Shown: positions 1-7,168, numbered from the stretch's first letter. The stretch: DNA of 64,000 bases from Eubacteriales bacterium (GCA_045637625.1 JAZTZU010000040.1:38474-102473); one strand, 5' to 3'. The notes: generated by a model not told the origin, from the letters alone. Numbers and translations: made by a program.

Positions 1-226
1 GATCCGCATCCCGCTTTGAAAAATCGGGGTATATCTCAATTTCCAACTGTTCACCGCTTCTGATCTCTTTTGTTGCATACACGGTTTTTGTTTGCCCGCG
101 TTTCAACAACTGTTCCGTTTCCCATTCCTTCAGATTTTCAACGCTTTTTTCATACGCTTGTTCATAATCATACGGAATATATGGATTGCGCTTGCGGCGC
201 GGTTTTGTTCGTGATTTGCCTGTCAT
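1..226 (-). CDS. hypothetical protein, 5' part only (runs off left edge)
   Basis: ATG at 226 with AGGGG 6 nt upstream; frame open to position 1. Very basic N-terminus MTGKSRTKPRRKRNPYIPYDYEQ. No family recognised. Confidence 0.4.
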   Translation of the reverse strand, partial: MTGKSRTKPRRKRNPYIPYDYEQAYEKSVENLKEWETEQLLKRGQTKTVYATKEIRSGEQLEIEIYPDFSKRDAD

Positions 227-243
227 GTCAATGCCCCTGTTCA

Positions 244-672
244 TCAATGGTTGTTCGTTCCATATTCGGGGAACGCTGTGCGGAATCCGTTCACAAATCT
301 GCTTTCATGCTCAAACACTTCGTTGTATAACGCCGTGCGGAGGTATGTCTTTTTGAATTTGATGGTGTATTCCGCTTTCTCATAATTTGTGATGACTTCG
401 CGGATGTGTTCCTCCGTCAAGAGGGAATACACATCACGCACCATAGATGCGGGCAATTTCTGCCCGTTGATCTGCACCTCCGCATCGGGCGGAAGGCGGT
501 ACATTTCCGCAATCAGCATCATGATTTCATTCACTTGCCTTTGATCGCTTTCGTAGAAACATTCAATGTTGATCTGCTCCCGGACACTTTGCAATGCTTC
601 AAAGAATGTACCCGACATGACTTGACTTTGACTTGACTTTCCCATACAGATATTTTCATCATTGTATTTCAT
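244..672 (-). CDS. DUF6017-like (replication/replisome-organizer-associated) domain protein
   Basis: 142 aa from ATG 672, with AAGGAG upstream; the longer track ORF to 873 has no RBS. The pattern INGQKLPASMVRDVYSLLTEEHIREVITNYEKAEYTIKFKKTYLRTALYN resembles, from memory, the C-terminal domain of DUF6017 proteins of Firmicutes ICEs and phages. Confidence 0.5.
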   Translation of the reverse strand: MKYNDENICMGKSSQSQVMSGTFFEALQSVREQINIECFYESDQRQVNEIMMLIAEMYRLPPDAEVQINGQKLPASMVRDVYSLLTEEHIREVITNYEKAEYTIKFKKTYLRTALYNEVFEHESRFVNGFRTAFPEYGTNNH

Positions 673-782
673 GATTGTCCTGCGCTCCTTTGGCTTTTTC
701 TCTCCCGTGTGTGCTGCCTTCAACGACTTGTTATTATCCATTACAAGGGCGCGAAAGCACCGCATCGGGCGCATTTTATGGC

Positions 783-811
783 TTGACAATCCGACACAAA
801 TGTGATATAAT
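783..811 (+). promoter_or_regulatory. full-consensus sigma-70-type promoter, oriented against the island genes
   Basis: TTGACA (783-788), 17-nt spacer, TATAAT (806-811), with TG at the extended -10 position (tgtgaTATAAT). Confidence 0.55.
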
Positions 812-816
812 AATCT

Positions 817-890
817 GTGATGAATTGTCGTTGTTGTTTGGCAATTCCGGCGGCGTGTGCTTTGGACGGACACGCCGCCTTTTCTTTTGC
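817..890 (+). ncRNA. candidate ~70-nt small RNA / counter-transcript
   Basis: Bounded by the consensus promoter at 783-811 and the intrinsic terminator at 849-897. No RBS precedes the ATG at 820. It lies in the 227-bp gap between the MazG-like and DUF6017-like genes, on the opposite strand. Confidence 0.45.
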
Positions 891-897
891 TCTTTTT
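849..897 (+). terminator. rho-independent terminator (plus strand only)
   Basis: Perfect 10-bp stem GGCGGCGTGT (849-858) / ACACGCCGCC (870-879) with an 11-nt loop, followed by TTTTCTTTTGCTCTTTTT. On the minus strand the same hairpin has no U-tract. Confidence 0.6.
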
Positions 898-899
898 GT

Positions 900-1580
900 T
901 TATAACGCCTTTCCGCCGTGGCGATATGAACGTGTGCGATTGTATTCATGCTTTATCAGCACGATTTCCTCCATGTTGTACCCGTTATCTGCAAGCCATG
1001 TGCGGATATACTCAACAACAGCGCACAAATATCCGTTGCGCTCATATGCGGCGGTTTCGGAGGGCGCGTTGTCGGCGTTCAAATGTGCATCATACGAAAG
1101 CGAAATGAGATAATGCAGATTTGCAACCACTTCCGGCAAATCCGCTTTCATGTTCAGACCGGCGCACCAATCTTCGCCGCTCTCGATCATGCTGTCAATG
1201 TCAACACCTTCAGCATCCTTGATGGTTGCATCCGCGATGCCCTCATGTCCGAAAAAGTCCAAAATGCGGATCACGCAATCAACCAATTCAACGGCGATGC
1301 CTTCCGGCTTGTCCGATTTGGCTTTGCAAATCTTGCCGCCCTCTGTGTCGATGATCCTGCTGCCACAATCCATGTTTCGTTCCGGCTGCTCCAATACGCA
1401 CACGCCGCCCGCATTGCAAGGGTAGTACATCATCGGGCGTTTCGCTCTGTATTCTTCAAGTGCTTCCGACACTTCCGAATGAAAGAGGGAAACAACCTCC
1501 GCAAACGATCTTTCTTTTTCCCACCAACCGTGCGCCACGGCGTTTTCGTGAATTCTTTTTGCCCATGTATTCAAAAACAT
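900..1580 (-). CDS. MazG-like all-alpha nucleoside triphosphate pyrophosphohydrolase (phage type) with Cys-containing insertion
   Basis: ATG 1580 is preceded by GGAGGA; the upstream ATG 1595 has no RBS. Motifs HSEVSEALEEYR and KPEGIAVELVDCVIRILD match the metal-binding helices of MazG/dimeric-dUTPase-like NTP-PPases. Confidence 0.7.
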   Translation of the reverse strand: MFLNTWAKRIHENAVAHGWWEKERSFAEVVSLFHSEVSEALEEYRAKRPMMYYPCNAGGVCVLEQPERNMDCGSRIIDTEGGKICKAKSDKPEGIAVELVDCVIRILDFFGHEGIADATIKDAEGVDIDSMIESGEDWCAGLNMKADLPEVVANLHYLISLSYDAHLNADNAPSETAAYERNGYLCAVVEYIRTWLADNGYNMEEIVLIKHEYNRTRSYRHGGKAL

Positions 1581-1648
1581 AATTTGTTCCTCCATTTTTA
1601 CATATGATTTTATTTGGCGGGGGATAAATCCCCCGATCCCCCCGCGGC

Positions 1649-2809
1649 TTACGCCGCTGAAGGCTGTTCACAAGAAAGAGCCGCCCCAATCGCCCAAATC
1701 GTGTAGGAAGCCGCGAGGCCCAAGTTCAAGTACGCCGCGCCGCAACCCGCACCGCCGATGCAGTTACCGCCGACAAGCGCGATGTTGATGTTGTCGTTAT
1801 CAAACCAACACCAATCGGGGATGTGCTTTGCATTCTGTTCAAGTTCATTCGGGATTCTTCCCAAGTGCGACATCATGGTGTTTTTGATAAATCCGCTGTT
1901 CCAACCGCTCCACGATATGCCCGTGTCGGTGTATCCCTCTCCCGTGAGATTATAAGGCGGGATCATCTTCACTTTCACTTTGCCGTAATCGCCGAGAATG
2001 CCGACAATGCGTTCCCATTGATCGCCCCACCATCCTTCGATGTGGAACACTTTCACTTGCTTGTCCGTTTCCTCATATCCGAAAAACTGCCCTTTGTCGT
2101 TCAGCGTGCCTGTTTTGAGAAGTTCGCCGGAGGTTGTGTTTCCTGCTCCGAATACCGTTTGAGAATCATCCGATCTTGAAATGACGGTCAACAGACAGTT
2201 CACAAGATTGCGATCCGCCCATGAACGTGTGCGCCAAATGTCCGCGCCGTTTTGATTGTTTGCCGCTGCGCGGTCAATTTCGGTCTGCGCTCTGCCATGC
2301 ACAAGAGAATCGCCGGACATAGAACGGAGGCGCACGCCGTCATAACTGCCCTTGAACATGGCAAGATATTTCACATCCATGATTGATTCATCTGCGCGGG
2401 TATGTGCGTATGCGTGGAAATCCTCGTCATACTGTTTTTCACACAAAATGATGTATTCGTGTTCTGCATCCTCATATTGCTTGATCCACACAAGGGGGAT
2501 CGCGGACATCGCGTTTCCTGCATAGTCCATGTTTGCGATGTCAGACGGCGCGCCGTCCGCCTTCAGCGCATAGTTGTTCGGATTCAGTTTGTAATCTTCC
2601 GTGCCGTCATATTTGAGCATACACGGATAATTGTTTTTCACAAACCAAATGTCTGCCCATCCGCCGAAATCAAACACACCACGGGAAAAATCCATGTGCG
2701 CCGGTGTCATACCAATGGCATCATACAGATATGTCACGCGCGTGATCGGATTGATGTCACCTTTGCGTATTTTCACACCATACCTTTTGATTTGTTCATT
2801 GCTGTTCAT
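1649..2809 (-). CDS. phage tail-fibre / receptor-binding-like protein with lectin/FGE-like C-terminal region
   Basis: 386 aa from ATG 2809 (AGGAGG upstream, ATGA overlap with the preceding gene). EGWWGDQWERIVGI resembles the GNVWEW motif. The Gly/Ala/Cys-rich C-terminus VGGNCIGGAGCGAAYLNLGLAASYTIWAIGAALSC resembles the end of FGE/C-type-lectin-fold phage fibre proteins. Assignment is from memory and tentative. Confidence 0.4.
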   Translation of the reverse strand: MNSNEQIKRYGVKIRKGDINPITRVTYLYDAIGMTPAHMDFSRGVFDFGGWADIWFVKNNYPCMLKYDGTEDYKLNPNNYALKADGAPSDIANMDYAGNAMSAIPLVWIKQYEDAEHEYIILCEKQYDEDFHAYAHTRADESIMDVKYLAMFKGSYDGVRLRSMSGDSLVHGRAQTEIDRAAANNQNGADIWRTRSWADRNLVNCLLTVISRSDDSQTVFGAGNTTSGELLKTGTLNDKGQFFGYEETDKQVKVFHIEGWWGDQWERIVGILGDYGKVKVKMIPPYNLTGEGYTDTGISWSGWNSGFIKNTMMSHLGRIPNELEQNAKHIPDWCWFDNDNINIALVGGNCIGGAGCGAAYLNLGLAASYTIWAIGAALSCEQPSAA

Positions 2810-3033
2810 GTTGTACCTCCTGTATAACAACAAATTTTTATTGCTGCGGATTGTACCCGCTCACAATCTGCTATTGTGACGGAATTGCGGTTTTTGTCCT
2901 GCAATTCCAATGACAAAACGGTTTTGCCGTCCTTGCAGCGATATATCAGCGCGGAAATGCACCGATATGTGATGCCTTGCGATTCAACGGGATCGCCATT
3001 GAAAAAGGCTTGTTTTGCTTCATCTGATGTCAT
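2806..3033 (-). CDS. hypothetical small phage protein
   Basis: 75 aa from ATG 3033 (GGAGGG 6 nt upstream). TGATG overlap with the upstream gene and ATGA overlap with the downstream gene. Confidence 0.45.
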   Translation of the reverse strand: MTSDEAKQAFFNGDPVESQGITYRCISALIYRCKDGKTVLSLELQDKNRNSVTIADCERVQSAAIKICCYTGGTT

Positions 3034-3293
3034 CAAAATCCCTCCGTAATGCTCCACACGAAATCAAGCAATTCCTTCGCGGCATCGTTGGTTTTTATGA
3101 ATACTTTTTCGCCGTGTCCGAATGTCAATGCGTTTTTTACCAACAGGATCAACCGATTCAGATTGCTTTCTGTTTCCGCTGCATCCGCAAGCATCTTTTT
3201 GATTTGGTTGTATTGCGATTCTGTGACCTCGACAAATATTTTTATTTCATCGCCGCCCATCGGCGATTTTTCTTTTGCGTTTTCCTTTTCCAT
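3033..3293 (-). CDS. hypothetical small phage protein
   Basis: ATG 3293 with GAGGG 8 nt upstream. Acidic, helical-looking 86-aa product. The start is uncertain; the track ORF extends to 3335. Confidence 0.4.
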   Translation of the reverse strand: MEKENAKEKSPMGGDEIKIFVEVTESQYNQIKKMLADAAETESNLNRLILLVKNALTFGHGEKVFIKTNDAAKELLDFVWSITEGF

Positions 3294-3750
3294 CTTGTTT
3301 GCCCTCAATCTTTGTATTTGATCTAATAAAAACAATATCGCGCAACTTGATTCTGCTGAACATCAATTTGAAATACACTTCACGCAACATGGATGTGTAA
3401 TGTTCGCAATATTGCCATCCGTGCTGTTCATCCAAATACGCAATCTGAATGCGATTGTTTTTGACGATGATCGGATCACCCTTTGACAGACACAGGCGGA
3501 TGCAATGCGCAAGTGTTTTTCCGCAACCTCTGCCGCCGGGCATATCATCACATTCGCCGAAAATATATTTGATCTGCCAATCCCGCAAACGGATTCCCAA
3601 CGCCTTTTCAAGTTTGCGGATCAATATGTATCGCCTTGATTGTTTTATCATTCGGAACGGCAATGTTATCAACCATTTCAAACCGTCATACACCGCCGCC
3701 ACGGTGTCAACCATCCATTCGGCGGATGCTTCAATGAATTCGTCAAGCAT
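3247..3750 (-). CDS. hypothetical protein with P-loop-like GGRGCGKT motif
   Basis: ATG 3750 with GAGAGGG upstream. DWQIKYIFGECDDMPGGRGCGKTLAHC resembles the Walker-A region of phage terminase/ATPase N-termini, but the protein is only 167 aa. Confidence 0.4.
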   Translation of the reverse strand: MLDEFIEASAEWMVDTVAAVYDGLKWLITLPFRMIKQSRRYILIRKLEKALGIRLRDWQIKYIFGECDDMPGGRGCGKTLAHCIRLCLSKGDPIIVKNNRIQIAYLDEQHGWQYCEHYTSMLREVYFKLMFSRIKLRDIVFIRSNTKIEGKQDGKGKRKRKIADGRR

Positions 3751-4030
3751 CTTTGCGCCCTCTCTTTGCTTTGCGTTGTTTTCTTTTTTGATGATATTCC
3801 CGCATCCGGGCGGATGAATTTTCACGATGCAGACATCCGCAACTTTTTTGTTGGCTGTATGTGTATGCGAAATGATCTTTGCGCAATATCACGGTGTTGC
3901 CGCAATCGCACGCGCATCGCCAATAACTGCGCCGATTCTCCGAATGTGAAAAAGCGATCACGCGCAATCGTCCATATCTATTGCCAACTATGTCAATCGG
4001 TTGTCTGCCGCCCGTCACCGCTTCCTCCAT
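3743..4030 (-). CDS. Zn-ribbon protein of the phage GxRYGRLxV...CxCxCG family
   Basis: IVGNRYGRLRVIAF...WRCACDCGNTVIL...SCGCL is a recurrent motif pattern in small phage DNA-binding-type proteins. Basic C-terminal tail. Confidence 0.45.
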   Translation of the reverse strand: MEEAVTGGRQPIDIVGNRYGRLRVIAFSHSENRRSYWRCACDCGNTVILRKDHFAYTYSQQKSCGCLHRENSSARMREYHQKRKQRKAKRGRKDA

Positions 4031-4127
4031 TCTTGCGCTTGCGTTTCAATGCCGTGATCCGCTCCCGCAGCCAATATTTGAATATGTAATAAATCTGTTC
4101 TATGTATCCGACTTTTCTGTATGACAT
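3993..4127 (-). CDS. hypothetical 44-aa protein
   Basis: ATG 4127 with GAGG 7 nt upstream, directly after the stop of the preceding gene. Overlaps the next gene by 38 nt. Weak call. Confidence 0.3.
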   Translation of the reverse strand: MSYRKVGYIEQIYYIFKYWLRERITALKRKRKNGGSGDGRQTTD

Positions 4128-4129
4128 TT

Positions 4130-4327
4130 CTATACCTCGTTTTGCTTTCCGCATTTCACGCAATTCCACGTTTTCAATATCGGTTTGCATTCATGTCCGC
4201 AATGTTTGCACACAAATGTTTCCGCCTTCGTATTGATTTTTCTCTCACTTATGCCGAAACAGTTTGTCAGCGTATTGCGGATGAATCGCCCGTTATTGTC
4301 ACGCATTTGTTTTCCGCCGCCGCCCAT
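4130..4327 (-). CDS. small Zn-ribbon protein
   Basis: ATG 4327 preceded by GAGGGTGAG. C-terminal CKHCGHEC...CVKCG (two CxxC pairs). Confidence 0.4.
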   Translation of the reverse strand: MGGGGKQMRDNNGRFIRNTLTNCFGISERKINTKAETFVCKHCGHECKPILKTWNCVKCGKQNEV

Positions 4328-4331
4328 GCGC

Positions 4332-5252
4332 TCACCCTCTCTTTTCGTCATAATCTTCAAACCGCTCAACAGTTCTGAAAATGATTCGGTTATTCACATA
4401 GCGTTGCAATAGCCGTATTTGGCGCGGCGCGGATGCCTTGTTGTAAATCATGACATAGGGATCAAACCCAAGTTCCCGCAATTTATAAACGCGGTACAAA
4501 TCCTCCTCCAATGTCGTGTCAAAGTTTGTCAGAACATAAACGCCAAGCCGTCTATAATCTTTGCTTTTGTAATACTTCTTGAATTCTTCAAAATACCGTG
4601 TCAAATCCTGTTTTGCGTTATCCCATGCAAAATGAATCCGTTTCACTTTGATTTGGTTAATTAGCGGAACGATGCCTTCCGTCAATCTGATGTCTAACCC
4701 CTGCGTGAAATCAACATACGCCTTCGTGTCTGCAAGGCTTTTCAAGATTCTTTCGCGGTCAACACACGCAAGCAGATTCGCATCAAGCAATTTGATTTCT
4801 TTTTGACCTTTCCAAAAATCATCGACATCCGCCACTTGCCGCGCGATCCTGCCTTCTTTTTTACCAACGATGCAGAACGGGCAACCGCGCGGACAACCGC
4901 GCACGCAAAATCCGTATGCTTCCGAAAATTGTGGATACAGCGAATAATCGGGGCATTGACATTCGATTTCTTTGGGAAGTACGCCTTCTTTTTCTTTTTC
5001 GTAAACTTCTTTTCCGTTTTCCAAATGGATTGCGTACCCGCTCCCGCCCTCAAACAGTTCGTCACATTGCAAGATTCCTTCAAAATCCGGCGTGAAAGAA
5101 AATATTTTACTTTTATAGATTTTGTCATAATGCTGTATAGGCATCACCCATTCAACATCATCGCCCATCTGCTTGTGATATGCCGAAATTTTCATCAACG
5201 GGATATTCGGGAAGTTGTGACCGTCCACATCAAGCAAGCCGATTTTTGCCAT
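4332..5252 (-). CDS. radical SAM enzyme (phage-borne, unknown substrate)
   Basis: 306 aa from ATG 5252 (GGAGGG upstream); the 70-aa N-terminal extension in the track ORF lacks an RBS. Canonical CX3CX2C cluster CPRGCPFC. N-terminal Rossmann-like segment IGLLDVDGHNFPNIPLMKISAYHK. Confidence 0.7.
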   Translation of the reverse strand: MAKIGLLDVDGHNFPNIPLMKISAYHKQMGDDVEWVMPIQHYDKIYKSKIFSFTPDFEGILQCDELFEGGSGYAIHLENGKEVYEKEKEGVLPKEIECQCPDYSLYPQFSEAYGFCVRGCPRGCPFCIVGKKEGRIARQVADVDDFWKGQKEIKLLDANLLACVDRERILKSLADTKAYVDFTQGLDIRLTEGIVPLINQIKVKRIHFAWDNAKQDLTRYFEEFKKYYKSKDYRRLGVYVLTNFDTTLEEDLYRVYKLRELGFDPYVMIYNKASAPRQIRLLQRYVNNRIIFRTVERFEDYDEKRG

Positions 5253-5499
5253 TTTCTGCGCCCTCCAACTTTTCAAACATCTTGTCTGTGAATGCGATCC
5301 GCTCCGGGCGCACCCTCTCGATCTTTCCGTTTTCGTATTCCACAATTCCGAAGGTGTCTTGCACAACCCCGCCACCGTGTCCGCCGACCATAACAGACGG
5401 CGGCACGATTTCGGAAATGTCACACCAACGATGAAACAATGCGGCTTTGCCGTCAACCTCACAGCGGCGCAACGATTCTGTGATTTCCAACATCTTCAT
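5230..5499 (-). CDS. hypothetical small phage protein
   Basis: ATG 5499 with GGGGGA 7 nt upstream. ATGA overlap with the methylase stop. Confidence 0.4.
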   Translation of the reverse strand: MKMLEITESLRRCEVDGKAALFHRWCDISEIVPPSVMVGGHGGGVVQDTFGIVEYENGKIERVRPERIAFTDKMFEKLEGAENGKNRLA

Positions 5500-6050
5500 A
5501 CTTCGTTCCCCCAACAATCCCACCCGGCGCGATGCTTACGGGCGTATAGTTCGATTTTGCTTGTGTCGGGATATAACCGCTCGATGATGTTGTATGCGAT
5601 TTCCGGCTTTTGGCTGTGCCGCTGCACCTTTTCGCGGAATACTGTATGTATTTTCCCTCGTTCATCCTTTGCCACGGGCATCAATTTTCCTTTGTACATA
5701 TACAGCAGATATTCATGACCGTAACGCACCGTGAATGCCGCGGGAATGCCTGTGACCTTATCCCAAATCATGCGGGCGTGCAATTTATACCCCATTTCCT
5801 CCGCCATCTGCTGTGCTTCAAACAGATATTTGTCAATCGTCCACAGAAACAAAATGGTGTCACCTTCCACAAGGGAATCCGCTTGTTTCAAATGCTCTTT
5901 GATTTCAGACAGGGAACAAACGGGGTATTCAAGCGGCTTTCCGCTTGAATTCGCGCGGACACTCTTTTTCCCACCGCGGCTTTGTTTCCACGGCGGATCG
6001 GCATATATGAGATTGTACCGATTCGCCGTATCAAAAATATTGACCGTCAT
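5496..6050 (-). CDS. MT-A70 family DNA N6-adenine methyltransferase (orphan)
   Basis: 184 aa from ATG 6050 (GGAAGGAAG upstream). Catalytic DPPW motif (LIYADPPWKQ) and the downstream SQKPE motif typical of MT-A70 / phage Dam-like enzymes. No partner restriction gene is visible. Confidence 0.8.
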   Translation of the reverse strand: MTVNIFDTANRYNLIYADPPWKQSRGGKKSVRANSSGKPLEYPVCSLSEIKEHLKQADSLVEGDTILFLWTIDKYLFEAQQMAEEMGYKLHARMIWDKVTGIPAAFTVRYGHEYLLYMYKGKLMPVAKDERGKIHTVFREKVQRHSQKPEIAYNIIERLYPDTSKIELYARKHRAGWDCWGNEV

Positions 6051-6055
6051 GCCGT

Positions 6056-6142
6056 TCACTTCCTTCCGCCGTTCTTTGACATGATCGCAAACACGATGAT
6101 GACCGTGATGCAAATGATCGCCGTTATCAAAACAGATTCCAT
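6056..6142 (-). CDS. 28-aa hydrophobic single-helix peptide (below the track's size cut-off)
   Basis: Hand translation gives MESVLITAIICITVIIVFAIMSKNGGRK. ATG 6142 lies 8 nt after GGAGG. The ORF exactly fills the otherwise empty 95-nt gap between two coupled genes, and its stop TGA lies 5 nt before the methylase ATG. Confidence 0.45.
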   Translation of the reverse strand: MESVLITAIICITVIIVFAIMSKNGGRK

Positions 6143-6145
6143 GAT

Positions 6146-6508
6146 TCACACCTCCTGTTTCATGTTCTGCGCCGCGATGTCAATGATGCTTGTATCCGGC
6201 TTTATGGCTTCATACGCTTCCATGATCGCCGCTTTCGCCTGTTCGGGCGTGATATACTGAAGGAAAATTTGCATCTTGTATGTGTCGCGTTCTTTGCCAA
6301 TCGGTTGTTTGCGGAAATTGTAATCATCCGAAATGGCTTGTCCGATGTCCTCCCATGTGCGTTTCCTGCAACGCTTGATTCGCAAATCAACGATCTTGAT
6401 GAAATGGCACGGTGTTGATCCTGTGTACCCGTGCATCGTGGAAATATCCACAACGATGTCAATGGTATCGCCATTGTCGTTTTTAATTGTTTTGATGTGT
6501 GTTGCCAT
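6146..6508 (-). CDS. hypothetical phage protein
   Basis: 120 aa from ATG 6508 (AGGAGG upstream). No family recognised. Confidence 0.45.
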   Translation of the reverse strand: MATHIKTIKNDNGDTIDIVVDISTMHGYTGSTPCHFIKIVDLRIKRCRKRTWEDIGQAISDDYNFRKQPIGKERDTYKMQIFLQYITPEQAKAAIMEAYEAIKPDTSIIDIAAQNMKQEV

Positions 6509-6728
6509 GTTTAACCTCCTGTTTTCTTTCAACATCATTTCCGATGCGCCCCGCATAGTAGTCATGGAAATCGTTTTCGTTGTAGAAATACACGCCCGAT
6601 TCCTTTATGTACGGCAATCCGTTTTTTCGTGCGCGGCGTAACGCATCTTTTGTCAGATTGTATTTATAAATAAAATGTGGCGATATGTGATATTCGCGCC
6701 CGCCGCGGATGATGTCACCCGTTCCCAT
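6483..6728 (-). CDS. putative helix-turn-helix (excisionase-like) DNA-binding protein
   Basis: 81 aa. LTKDALRRARKNGLPYIKESGVYFYNENDFHDYY resembles the MerR/excisionase-type HTH-plus-wing pattern. Confidence 0.4.
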   Translation of the reverse strand: MGTGDIIRGGREYHISPHFIYKYNLTKDALRRARKNGLPYIKESGVYFYNENDFHDYYAGRIGNDVERKQEVKHGNTHQNN

Positions 6729-6891
6729 CGGCTTCGTCCTCCTGCTTCAAAGTGATTTTGATTTCTTTGGTTTCTTCATCGAAAGAAACATACGCGCGTT
6801 GATTCGGTTTGCCGCCCGCGCCCGCCACATATTCCTTCGGAATGCTGATGCGGCATTTGTCATCAAATCGCTTGATCTCACACAGTTGCAT
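6715..6891 (-). CDS. AbrB/SpoVT-like small DNA-binding protein (58 aa, not in ORF track)
   Basis: Hand translation gives MQLCEIKRFDDKCRISIPKEYVAGAGGKPNQRAYVSFDEETKEIKITLKQEDEADGNG. GAGGAGG lies 6 nt upstream of ATG 6891. The RISIPKEY core matches the swapped-hairpin motif (GRIxIPKE). Confidence 0.5.
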   Translation of the reverse strand: MQLCEIKRFDDKCRISIPKEYVAGAGGKPNQRAYVSFDEETKEIKITLKQEDEADGNG

Positions 6892-6903
6892 ATCCCGTCC
6901 TCC

Positions 6904-7152
6904 TCAACACGCGGCGTTTGGTGTTCGCCCTCTCCGGCGAAAACTGTTTTTCTGCTTACTTTGTCCGATGTCCGCGCTGTACTTCGGCTTTCCGCTTTCG
7001 TCCTTTTCGCCTGTGTACCCGCGTTCAAGTTCTCTGTATATCGTGGCGGTATGTACGCCAACCACCGCCGCAATATCTTCGGGGCGTTCCCCCTGTGAAT
7101 AACGCTGTTCGATCTCCTGCCGATCTTCATATGATAAATAGTGATATGTCAT
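6904..7152 (-). CDS. stand-alone HTH protein resembling the N-terminal domain of IS30-family transposases
   Basis: ATG 7152 with AAGGAGG upstream. LSYEDRQEIEQRYSQGERPEDIAAVVGVHTATIYRELERG matches the HTH_38-type pattern. No DDE domain follows. Confidence 0.55.
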   Translation of the reverse strand: MTYHYLSYEDRQEIEQRYSQGERPEDIAAVVGVHTATIYRELERGYTGEKDESGKPKYSADIGQSKQKNSFRRRGRTPNAAC

Positions 7153-7168
7153 CCCGCTGCCGCCTCCT

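Noticed and set aside
817-1113. Plus-strand ORFs (817-1113, 98 aa; 857-1108, 83 aa) downstream of the consensus promoter. The first begins with a Cys-rich hydrophobic peptide, MMNCRCCLAIPAACAL...
   Set aside because: There is no RBS before either start. The frame runs straight through the strong terminator at 849-897. Both ORFs are antisense to the well-supported MazG-like gene. A non-coding RNA is the simpler reading.
1649-1800. The C-terminal Gly/Ala/Cys-rich end of the fibre-like protein as the variable region of a diversity-generating retroelement
   Set aside because: By eye I found no near-identical template repeat in the first 7.5 kb; the 673-899 gap shares only low-complexity AAC/GAC runs, in the wrong order. 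No reverse transcriptase gene is in the window. This stays open only because the element is truncated.
6483-6891. AbrB-like 58-aa protein plus the overlapping downstream gene as a MazE/AbrB-type toxin-antitoxin pair
   Set aside because: The downstream 81-aa protein looks like an HTH/excisionase-type DNA binder. It shows no MazF, PIN, Doc or other toxin motif.
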